Shown here one piece after another: positions 55,902 to 64,000 of a DNA stretch of 64,000 bases (position 1 is the stretch's first letter; each line of letters opens with the position of its first letter). This DNA comes from Spirochaetia bacterium (GTDB lineage: Bacteria; Spirochaetota; Spirochaetia; DSM-2461), in NCBI GenBank assembly GCA_963668315.1, contig OY764216.1, forward strand, positions 4,672,001 through 4,736,000. The letters are read 5' to 3'. The position numbers and the translations under genes are program-made. A model generated the notes under the pieces. The model was not told where the DNA came from, did not search any database, and saw only the letters and a program-made list of their open reading frames with translations.

Positions 55902-58863
55902 GGTTGGTTTCGGTTCTCCTTTTCAGTTCCTGCAGAGGGGGATAAGACTGGTTGGCTTTGACTTTCCAGAGCTCCTGGATTATCTGATAGGCCCCGAGAT
56001 AGTCTCCGGCCACGAATTTCTCTTCGGCAGACTGATACTGGCTGAGTGAGGCGGAAGAGAGAACGACCGTCGTCCCTCCCCCTTCGTAGAGGCGCATCTG
56101 GTCGATCAGTTCACTGGCCGCCGCGTTATTGGGGTTGAGGGAGATAGCCTCGCTGAGCTGTTCGATGGCACCGGCGAAGAGGTTCAGATTGCCGCTGTCG
56201 TAAACGGCCCGGGCGCTCTGGTAAAGTTCGTTGCTCCGCCTGAGAACCGCCGGATCGGGAGGGGGTATTTTGATTCCCAGGTCATACTCCAGGGAAAGGA
56301 TATTCCTCTGGATATTCGAATAATCCGGAATGATCTCGGCCAGGTCCTTCAGCTCGATATAGGCCTGCTCTTTCTGAAACTCCATCTTGGACAGGGCGTT
56401 GCGGTACTTCTCGGCGAAGGTAACGGCAAAGTTATCCTCGTCCTTGGCCTGGAGAATACGCAGGTTAAGAACACTGGCATTCTGGTTGAGAGGCATAAGT
56501 ATAAGGACCTGCTGCAGAAAGTCCTCCGCTCTGGTAAAGCTCTGCAGACTTTCGACTTTCCTGTTTCTATCCAGAAGTTTCTGCCCCTCCTGATAGTTTT
56601 TCCAGGCCAGGTTGAGAAGCTGGGATATCTCATTATAGAGGGGGCTGCTCTCTTCCAGATAACGGCCCGATTCAACGGAGAGGGCGGTTCTGACAAGGCT
56701 CATCCAGTACACAAGCTCGCTGTTCTCCTCCGTATTGGTGGTGAACCATTTATTTTCCGCCTGGATAAGCCGCGCTTCGCTCTGGGCATAGAGTCCCTGG
56801 AAGTAAAGGTTCTTACCCTGATTGATCAGATCACGCACCTCACGGATAACCTGGCGGTTCTCCTCATCGACAATGCGCGCCTGCAAGGCGGCGATACGGG
56901 CGTCCAGATCGTTCCGGGAAAAGCTGTCCTCGTCGTAGGAAAGGGCCGAAACGTAAAGTTCCTGGGCCTGGCTCAGCTCATCCCTGGCCAGCTGGAAGTT
57001 GCTGTTGTTCAGCTGCCTTTCGGCCTGGGAGAACCGGAATTCCCCCGCATTGAAGTCCCTCTGGGCCAGATAGATGAAATTCTCTCCGTCCTCCCTGAGC
57101 AGGGCGATCTCCTGACCGAAGCTCACCGCCCTTTCCAGGATAGCCTCGGCCCTCTCGAGGTAGGGATTCAATACCGCTCCGTCCTCAATCAGGGGCTGTT
57201 CCTCCCGGTAAGAATCGCGATACCCCGATGCCTGCAGGACGAGGGTTTCCATCTGGTTTTCCAGAAGAGCCAGATCGGAAAGGGCCCTCTGGGGATAGCG
57301 GAACAGGAGATCTTCCTGTTCTGAAACCCCGCCGATATAGTCGGAGTCCAGGGCCAGGCGCGACTCATAGTCGGCGAGGAGAGCTTCGGGAGAGCGGATA
57401 TCCCAGTCGGCCATGGCCAGAACAATATCCCCTTCCATCCCCTTTCCCCGGCGGATGAGCTTCTCCGTTTCGTCATAGATCCGGTCGAGGGGAGACGTAT
57501 TTCTGTCCTTCAGAAGGGGATCGAGGCTTCTGACGGTTCGCTCCCCGTCAAGAATTTCCGTAAGGGGAATGAGGCTGCTCCAGCTGTCCCGGGCACTGTT
57601 TCTCAAGCTGTCGTAGGTGGTGCGGACCCCCTGGTCAAAGGAAGCCTGATACCGGTCCAGAGTCTGCTGCATGGTGATCAGGCTGTCATAACGGTCGAAC
57701 TGATCAGTCACATCCCGGGCGTTTTTCCAGCCGTCATAATACTTGTCCGCCACCCGGGAGCCCAGTCGGTCCAGGCTGCCGTTTTCGTTGAGGTAGACCC
57801 GGTCGACCGCAGGGCCATAGAAGCTGAGAAGCAGATCGGTCTCCTCCCGGGCCCGCTGAAAAGATCGTCGGCTGGCGACCCAGTCGCCGTCGTCATACTG
57901 ACGGTGGGCCAGGGTCAGATCACGGTTCTGGCTATCTCCCAGAATCCGCAGGGCCTTGTCAAGGGAATCCTCGAGGTAGTAATCCAGGGCGACGGCAATT
58001 CCCTCCCACTCGGTCTGGTTGAGACGTCCGGCCAGCAGCCTGTTCATAAAGGAGAGATGGAAATCCTCCACCCCCTTGTTTCCTTCGGCTACGAGAGCAT
58101 TCTGCCTGCCGTAAACTTCAGAAATCCGGTAGATACTGTTGCGTAGTCCGCTCAATTCGGTCAGACCGGCCAGCAGGCTGTTATATGTTCCCTCATCGCC
58201 CGATTCCAGGGCCAGGCTTTCAAGATCGTCCAGCGCGAAACGGCTCCAGTCGGTTTCCACCCTGTCCAGCTGGGCGACCAGCTGATCATAGGCTCTATAG
58301 ACGGGATCCTTGACAAGACTGCCGTATTCGCTCTCATCGAAAGTCTGCCTGAAAAGGACAAATCCCGTTTCATAAAGCTTAATGGCCTGAAAATACTCGC
58401 CCGCGGCCAGATGAATCAGGGCCTGGTCCATGATATCGTTGAAAATCTTGCGGTAATAGACAAGTTCCGCACTGATTCTGGCATCCCGTATCGCCAGGCG
58501 GGTCGCCTCATTGGGATTGCTGTCCAGGGAATCAAGTTCCTGAATCAGGTTCAGGGCCTGCTCATAATCCTCCTCTTCGAAAAGGACCTTGATCAGCTCG
58601 TCGTAAAGGACGTTATAGCTGTCCCTGATCGTTCGGATATAGCGGATTTTCTGCTGGGCGATTTCAAAAAATTCCGGATCCTGCTTGGAGAGGGAGATAA
58701 GCACGTCGATGGCCTCGGAATAGTTTCTCTCTTCTATAAGCCGGTCCGCGTCATCCATGGTATAGAGAGGGGTTTCCTCCTGCCCTCCCGCCGTCAGGGG
58801 AAGGGAAAAAAAGGAGAAAATCAGGATTGTCAGGGCTATCGCCCCAGGTCTGAACCGGTTCAT
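55891..58863 (-). CDS. Large exported alpha-helical/TPR-like protein
   Basis: Start ATG 58863, signal peptide ending AGGQEE, TPR-like and coiled-coil segments. Overlaps the start of the phosphatase gene. Confidence 0.8.
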   Translation of the reverse strand: MNRFRPGAIALTILIFSFFSLPLTAGGQEETPLYTMDDADRLIEERNYSEAIDVLISLSKQDPEFFEIAQQKIRYIRTIRDSYNVLYDELIKVLFEEEDYEQALNLIQELDSLDSNPNEATRLAIRDARISAELVYYRKIFNDIMDQALIHLAAGEYFQAIKLYETGFVLFRQTFDESEYGSLVKDPVYRAYDQLVAQLDRVETDWSRFALDDLESLALESGDEGTYNSLLAGLTELSGLRNSIYRISEVYGRQNALVAEGNKGVEDFHLSFMNRLLAGRLNQTEWEGIAVALDYYLEDSLDKALRILGDSQNRDLTLAHRQYDDGDWVASRRSFQRAREETDLLLSFYGPAVDRVYLNENGSLDRLGSRVADKYYDGWKNARDVTDQFDRYDSLITMQQTLDRYQASFDQGVRTTYDSLRNSARDSWSSLIPLTEILDGERTVRSLDPLLKDRNTSPLDRIYDETEKLIRRGKGMEGDIVLAMADWDIRSPEALLADYESRLALDSDYIGGVSEQEDLLFRYPQRALSDLALLENQMETLVLQASGYRDSYREEQPLIEDGAVLNPYLERAEAILERAVSFGQEIALLREDGENFIYLAQRDFNAGEFRFSQAERQLNNSNFQLARDELSQAQELYVSALSYDEDSFSRNDLDARIAALQARIVDEENRQVIREVRDLINQGKNLYFQGLYAQSEARLIQAENKWFTTNTEENSELVYWMSLVRTALSVESGRYLEESSPLYNEISQLLNLAWKNYQEGQKLLDRNRKVESLQSFTRAEDFLQQVLILMPLNQNASVLNLRILQAKDEDNFAVTFAEKYRNALSKMEFQKEQAYIELKDLAEIIPDYSNIQRNILSLEYDLGIKIPPPDPAVLRRSNELYQSARAVYDSGNLNLFAGAIEQLSEAISLNPNNAAASELIDQMRLYEGGGTTVVLSSASLSQYQSAEEKFVAGDYLGAYQIIQELWKVKANQSYPPLQELKRRTETNLGL

Positions 58864-58935
58864 ATCTCTCTTTCTATTATATCGGCAGAAAGCGTTTCCT
58901 TCTGGATATTTCAATTAAAAAGTGTTATCATGTAT

Positions 58936-60162
58936 ATGATGGTACGAAAAAGGCTTATCCTACCCTTTTTTTTTCTCTGCCTCTTTTCAGCGTACGCTGA
59001 TTTTGAAGATACCTATAGCGAATTAATCGCCCTGGCCGGGCTTGACCCCAACAGCGGGCAAAACTCTTTTCTGACACTCCTCATCCCGTCGGGAGGAAAG
59101 TATCAGGCCATGGGAACGGCTTATACGGGAGTCGTACGGGATTCGGGATACCTTGATTCCAATCCTGCCACCAGCGCCCACCTGAACAATACGGAACTGT
59201 CCTTTTTTCACAACGACTGGATAGACGATTCCAACCTGGAGAGTGTAGCCTATACGCAGCGACGAGGCAACCTGGGCTGGGGAATGGGGGGGAAATTTCT
59301 CTGGCTTCCCTTCGACGCGACCAATACCTGGGGGGAAACGACCGCCTCCGGGGCTTATTCAGAAACGATTCTGACCTTCAACCTGTCCTATAACTTTCTG
59401 GACGACTACTACTATTCCGGCTTCTCCTTCGGCGTGAACGGCAAAGCCGCCTACCGCGGGATTTCCGAGGAGCTGGCCAAAGACCAGTCGGCTCTGGCTC
59501 TTATGGGAGACGTGGGAATGCTAACCCGTTTCAACCTTCTGAAATTCTACCCTTCCCGGGAGAAGAATTTCGGCCTGGGCGTAACGGTGAAAAATCTGGG
59601 AACCGAGTTTATCACCAATCCCGATCCCCTTCCCTCCCAGCTGACGGGGGGCCTGTCCTACTCTCCCATCAAGCCTCTCCTGCTTGCGATGGATATGACC
59701 TACCCCTTCAATTTGAACGGGGAGGATGCCGAAGCGGTCAGCTACGCCATGGGAATGGATCTGACCATGACCGATTTTCTCTCACTTCAGGGCGGCTTTC
59801 TCCTGAAACTGGGAAAACCGAGAATCACGGTTGGAACCGATCTGGAAATGGAAAAATTCTCCATAGGAGTCAATTATACCCTGGATCTGGCCACCCAGTT
59901 CAAACCGGTGGACCGCATTGTTCTCTCCTTCTCCCTCAACCTGGGAGATTTCGGAAGAATGACCCTCAGGGATAAAGTTCAGGAGCTCTATCTGACCGGA
60001 CTGGGCGCCTATTCCCTGGGGAACTACAGTCAGGCGATACTCTACTGGGAGGAGTGTCTTGAGCTGGATAAGGATTTCACACCGGCCAGAGAGATGATAG
60101 CCACAACGGAAAAATCCATAGAACTGGAAGAAAAAATGAGGGAACAGCAGACAGTGGAGTAG
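58936..60162 (+). CDS. UPF0164/FadL-like outer-membrane barrel with C-terminal TPR
   Basis: Signal peptide, FLTLLIPSGGKYQAMGTAYT, NPA and HNDWI motifs, barrel strands, TPR AILYWEECLELD. Confidence 0.8.
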   Translation: MMVRKRLILPFFFLCLFSAYADFEDTYSELIALAGLDPNSGQNSFLTLLIPSGGKYQAMGTAYTGVVRDSGYLDSNPATSAHLNNTELSFFHNDWIDDSNLESVAYTQRRGNLGWGMGGKFLWLPFDATNTWGETTASGAYSETILTFNLSYNFLDDYYYSGFSFGVNGKAAYRGISEELAKDQSALALMGDVGMLTRFNLLKFYPSREKNFGLGVTVKNLGTEFITNPDPLPSQLTGGLSYSPIKPLLLAMDMTYPFNLNGEDAEAVSYAMGMDLTMTDFLSLQGGFLLKLGKPRITVGTDLEMEKFSIGVNYTLDLATQFKPVDRIVLSFSLNLGDFGRMTLRDKVQELYLTGLGAYSLGNYSQAILYWEECLELDKDFTPAREMIATTEKSIELEEKMREQQTVE

Positions 60163-60163
60163 A

Positions 60164-60904
60164 TTATACTCCCAGAGATTCCCTGCATTTGTGATAGAAA
60201 ACTGCCAGAGGCACATCAAGGTTCTGTAAAGAAGGGATGCTTTTCTTAGCGCCCGACCCTTTCGTCCTGTTTATAAGACGCCGGAATCGGGCCAGATTAT
60301 TCCGCCCCAGTCTGCTTTCTATTCCTTTAAGGATAACAGTCCTCATCCCCTTAGGGTCTTCCGCGCTCAGTTTTAAAGGCTCCTTATCCCAGTTTTCCAG
60401 GATGTTCTCCAGGGGCCTCTCTTCAAGAGTCTCCAGGTATACTTCTATCTCTTTTAAAAGGCGGGACTCGGTAAATTCGATTCCGTCGATGCTTCCCTTT
60501 ACATTAATTTTCATCTGCACCATTCTATTTCCCCTTTCGGCTCTCCGTCGGTACCAGAGGGAAAACAGTATGGAACCCGCCAGGGAAATGGCCGTTTCAT
60601 CGACAAGGGGAACCGGATCATGGACTAGATAGGTGAGAAAATAAAAAAGACCCAGAAAAATCAGAACGGATAGGCCGAATCTCAGATAGAAGGTTTTTTC
60701 TCCGAGAATCACCCGGCTCCCCTCTTCTCCGAGGATATAAAGTTCACCCTTGATCTGATTGATTCTCTCCATATCGGGATAGGTACCGAATTGTCCGGAT
60801 ACTTCGCCGTTTTCAAGGGCCGCAACGAACTCCCTGGGAGTAAGGCGGGTGAATATATCCATATTTTTCTTTTCCCTATGAAGAATAAGCACGGGGTTAC
60901 TCAC
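60164..60904 (-). CDS. Hypothetical membrane protein (2 TM)
   Basis: Two TMs flanking DPVPLVDE. GTG start 60904 after AGGAG, coupled to the ankyrin gene. Confidence 0.7.
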   Translation of the reverse strand: MSNPVLILHREKKNMDIFTRLTPREFVAALENGEVSGQFGTYPDMERINQIKGELYILGEEGSRVILGEKTFYLRFGLSVLIFLGLFYFLTYLVHDPVPLVDETAISLAGSILFSLWYRRRAERGNRMVQMKINVKGSIDGIEFTESRLLKEIEVYLETLEERPLENILENWDKEPLKLSAEDPKGMRTVILKGIESRLGRNNLARFRRLINRTKGSGAKKSIPSLQNLDVPLAVFYHKCRESLGV

Positions 60905-61820
60905 CGTTACGCTCCTCAAGCATGGCTACCAATTCATCGTAACCGTATAATTTGGCATATTTAAGCGCCGTCATTCCCAGGCTGTCCCGGTGATTTATCT
61001 CGGCACCGGCTTCCACAAGAACTTTGGCCGTTGCATAATGTCTGTTGCCTATAGCCAGAATCAGGGCGGTCTGTCCCTCTTTGGATTCATGGTCCATGTC
61101 GGCCCCCAAATCCACCAGCTGCTTAACAAGCAGATCCTTTCCCAGCGAGGCGGCTTCCATGATGGGCGTCGTGCCCCTGTCACGGGAAATAATGTTTATA
61201 TCGCAATTACGCTGGAGCAGATGGGAAGCCAGGATCGTTTCATCCTTGCGGATAATATCGCAGATCAGGGGAACTCCCTTCTCGTCTATATGATTGGGGC
61301 TGCCGCCTCTCTCCACATAAAGTTCAAGCAGCATGAGGTCCTTCTCCTCATCCCCGAGGAGAAGAGGCTTATTCAGGCTGTTAAATCCTATAATCTCCAG
61401 AAAACGGTTGGCCGCCAACATATCATCCTGCCTGTGCCACACGCTTTCGGATTGGCTTATGTGCCTGTTGAGAGCAGAAAAGCTGTGAAGGACGGGAAAA
61501 TTTTTCAGCCAGAGGGGCAGCGGTCCGGTCAGGGATGTCAGATAAAAAATAAGATTTATCCTGCGCAGGACTTCCTTGCTTCTCTCCTGGGAAAAACCGA
61601 GTACATAGGGGACCCAGAGGGAGTCCAGATTTTTCTGTTCGCATAATAAGAGGAAATCATAGGACTTCTTAAGAACATTAAGCAGGGAGGTTTCGCCGTC
61701 CAGACTCCACTTGGGATCTATCACATAATATTCTGAGGCAATAAATCTACCGTCGAAAAAAGCTTTAAGACGTGGAATGGACGATTTTTCAGACGGAGAA
61801 AGCAGAACAGTAATCTTCAT
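60897..61820 (-). CDS. Ankyrin-repeat protein with N-terminal alpha/beta (TIR-like?) domain
   Basis: GTTPIMEAA, GQTALILAI and GMTALKYA ankyrin repeats; start at ATG 61820. Confidence 0.85.
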   Translation of the reverse strand: MKITVLLSPSEKSSIPRLKAFFDGRFIASEYYVIDPKWSLDGETSLLNVLKKSYDFLLLCEQKNLDSLWVPYVLGFSQERSKEVLRRINLIFYLTSLTGPLPLWLKNFPVLHSFSALNRHISQSESVWHRQDDMLAANRFLEIIGFNSLNKPLLLGDEEKDLMLLELYVERGGSPNHIDEKGVPLICDIIRKDETILASHLLQRNCDINIISRDRGTTPIMEAASLGKDLLVKQLVDLGADMDHESKEGQTALILAIGNRHYATAKVLVEAGAEINHRDSLGMTALKYAKLYGYDELVAMLEERNGE

Positions 61821-61881
61821 ATACTCTCCAATTATCGGCATCGGACTATGAAAAATCAATATCTTCATGATAAAATCGCCC

Positions 61882-63186
61882 ATGGCGGAAGAAGATAAGC
61901 TTAAGGAATATATGGAACGGCTGGAGAGTTTACCCGGCGGTTTGCCTAGCGGGGAAACTCTGAGAAAACTCCAGAATCAATGTCATCTGGAACCGAGTGA
62001 TCTGAAAAAACTCGATATGCTTGTGGAGCGGCATAATGAACGGGCCGAAATCTATCTGCACCGCGATAACGTTATCGGAGCCATAGAGGAGCTTGAGAGG
62101 GCCTGTCAGCTGACACCCCGGGACCCCTTCATCCACCTCAATCTGGCAAGGCTTTATAAAAACAGATACGAAAATTACGGTTTTTTGAGAAACGACCGGG
62201 AAAAGGCGAAGAGCGAGGCGGAAAAGAGCTTAACCCTCGACAGCTCCCTCAAGGAACCGACGGATATCATCCGAGAAGTGGATCTGATTCACAGGCAGCT
62301 GAACAGGACGGGAAAAGGAAAGAAGCCCGTCACCCTGATTATCCTCTCTGTTTCCCTCTTGCTTATTATCCTTCTTTTTACCCAGAGGTCAGCCCTTATC
62401 GGCTGGATTCAGGAAAGGCGTAATCCGACAGCTGATTTCGTCCGTGTCGCCCCTGCGCCCGCATACGACCCGACGTTACCCCATGATGTGCCGTTAAACA
62501 GTTTCGGTTTCGAGGGGAGCAATCTCGACGTGAATCTTCAAAGCTCCCGGGTAATGCCACTGAACGATCATTGGGGTTATGAACTGAAAGGCGGACTCAG
62601 CTCCCCTTCCCTCGCCATAGACAGGGCCGAGCTGGAGCTTCGCTTTCTTGATAAGAACAGTTCTCTCATCTTCAGCGAAAACATCATCCTCGACGACGAG
62701 GCCCTGATCCTTCCCGGTGAGACGCTCCCCGTGAATCTCTTTTTCTATATCCCCTTTGCTCCCTCTGAGGTCGCCTCCCTTTCGGTGACGCCGGTCAGCC
62801 TTTCCCTCCTGCCTGAGCCCCCTCTCAGGGAACAGGATCTCACCCTGCGCTGGGAAACGGCAAAACCGGAAGGGGTTAAACTGGGCTTAGAGGAAAGGGA
62901 GAGGGAAAATCAGGAAGGTTATGACAGAAATGTCCACTACTACACGTTCGACCTGCAGCAGAGCGGATCACGGGAGATCCGTCTTCTGGAGCTGACATTC
63001 AGGTGGAGGGACATCAGGGAGAATATTATTCAGGAACAGAAAGTTCTTCCCGTAAGTCCCGACGGCCCCTTTTTCTCGCCAGGAGAATCCAGAGCTCTTT
63101 CCTTTCATCGGGATTCTCCCTTTTCAGTGAACTGGGATGAGCTTTATTACGACGTGGCCGTGACAGAGATTGAACTCGTACCCTAA
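61882..63186 (+). CDS. TPR-TM-periplasmic beta-sandwich protein
   Basis: TPR (AIEELERACQLTPRDP), a single TM, and two related C-terminal domains (ILPGETLP / FSPGESRA). Confidence 0.72.
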   Translation: MAEEDKLKEYMERLESLPGGLPSGETLRKLQNQCHLEPSDLKKLDMLVERHNERAEIYLHRDNVIGAIEELERACQLTPRDPFIHLNLARLYKNRYENYGFLRNDREKAKSEAEKSLTLDSSLKEPTDIIREVDLIHRQLNRTGKGKKPVTLIILSVSLLLIILLFTQRSALIGWIQERRNPTADFVRVAPAPAYDPTLPHDVPLNSFGFEGSNLDVNLQSSRVMPLNDHWGYELKGGLSSPSLAIDRAELELRFLDKNSSLIFSENIILDDEALILPGETLPVNLFFYIPFAPSEVASLSVTPVSLSLLPEPPLREQDLTLRWETAKPEGVKLGLEERERENQEGYDRNVHYYTFDLQQSGSREIRLLELTFRWRDIRENIIQEQKVLPVSPDGPFFSPGESRALSFHRDSPFSVNWDELYYDVAVTEIELVP

Positions 63187-64000
63187 CAGTCACCCATACG
63201 GGAAAGCCGGTCTATCACTTCTTCGATGATATCGTCGGGAGTACTGGCTCCGGCACTGACGCCGATCGTATCGTACCGTTCCAATTCTTCGGGAATCTCA
63301 TCGGCCGTTTCCACATGATAGGCGGGTATGCCCTCTTCCAGGGCGGTCTGGTAAAGACGGGTCGTATTGGCGCTTCTCTTGCCGCCCACAATGACCATGG
63401 CATCGACCCTGCCTGAGAGCTCCCTTACGGCTTCCTGACGTTTCTGGGTGGCGGGACAGATCATATTTTTGATAACCGTACGGGGATTTTTTTCCAGAAG
63501 AATCGCTTTTATCCTGTCGAACTCCCCCTGTTTAACGGTGGTCTGGCAGATAAAGAGAGTTTTTTCCGGCAGGGTTAGCTCTTCGGCTTCTTCGGGAGTA
63601 GAGACCACCTCATGAAAGGGAGCCCTTCCTGCCAGACCCTTAACCTCGCCGTGATCCTTATCACCGAGAATGACGATGAAATATCCCTTTTCCCCGTACT
63701 CCTCGATAATCCGGTGGCTCCGCTTTACCTTGGGACAGGTACCGTCTATAAGGGTCGCCCCTTTTCTCCTCAGAACCTTCTCGATCTCCGGTTCCACACC
63801 GTGAGCTCTTATAACCAGAGTGCAGTCTCCGGGTATTTCATCGGGACTTTCAGCCGTGATGGCTCCGGCATCCTGCAGTTTATCCAGGACCTGCCGATTG
63901 TGGATTATCGGTCCCAGGGTATAAAGGATTTCATTCCGGGAAAGCTCTTCTTCCACGAGACTGACGGCTCTCCTGACTCCCATACAGAATCCGGCGGGAT
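63183..64000 (-). CDS. ispH: 4-hydroxy-3-methylbut-2-enyl diphosphate reductase; 5' end lies outside the window
   Basis: AGFCMGV, GPIIHN, IRAHGV, DGTCPKV, HGEV, ICPAT..RQ, SANT and AGASTP motifs. Confidence 0.95.
   Translation of the reverse strand, partial: PAGFCMGVRRAVSLVEEELSRNEILYTLGPIIHNRQVLDKLQDAGAITAESPDEIPGDCTLVIRAHGVEPEIEKVLRRKGATLIDGTCPKVKRSHRIIEEYGEKGYFIVILGDKDHGEVKGLAGRAPFHEVVSTPEEAEELTLPEKTLFICQTTVKQGEFDRIKAILLEKNPRTVIKNMICPATQKRQEAVRELSGRVDAMVIVGGKRSANTTRLYQTALEEGIPAYHVETADEIPEELERYDTIGVSAGASTPDDIIEEVIDRLSRMGDC

Overview
This is a chromosomal window from a bacterium, most likely a free-living Spirochaetota (Spirochaetales). That call is an inference from the rpsB-tsf-frr-uppS-cdsA-dxr-rseP order without pyrH, a UPF0164/FadL-like protein and spirochete-style exported N-termini. 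About two thirds is housekeeping: trxB, ndk, maf, the rpsB-rseP cluster, rpsF-ssb-rpsR-rplI-dnaB-comFB, dapB-dapA-prmC-rel-trmL, and partial uraA and ispH. A central accessory block (~30-50 kb) carries a nickel-pincer cofactor cluster (DUF3842, Ni/Co ECF transporter with a frameshifted T component, larE-larC-larB, no larA). It also has an aldo-keto reductase divergent from an Fe-ADH and two cyclophilin-like genes behind a MerR-type promoter, a dCache diguanylate cyclase, a LacI-controlled sugar ABC operon, and a 7TM-LuxR regulator facing an outer-membrane barrel gene. The right end holds an envelope cluster: a 1580-aa periplasmic sensor-HAMP-PP2C phosphatase, a ~990-aa helical exported protein and a divergent FadL-like barrel with TPR. 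The most interesting observations are a ~140-nt rod-like structured element between dapB and dapA, the putative trans-envelope phosphatase signalling locus, the larA-less NPN cluster, a uraA promoter with a reiterative-transcription-like start, an HU-domain fusion and a TIR-like/ankyrin protein. No tRNA, rRNA, CRISPR array, transposase or integrase was recognised. All family assignments come from visual motif recognition, not database searches.
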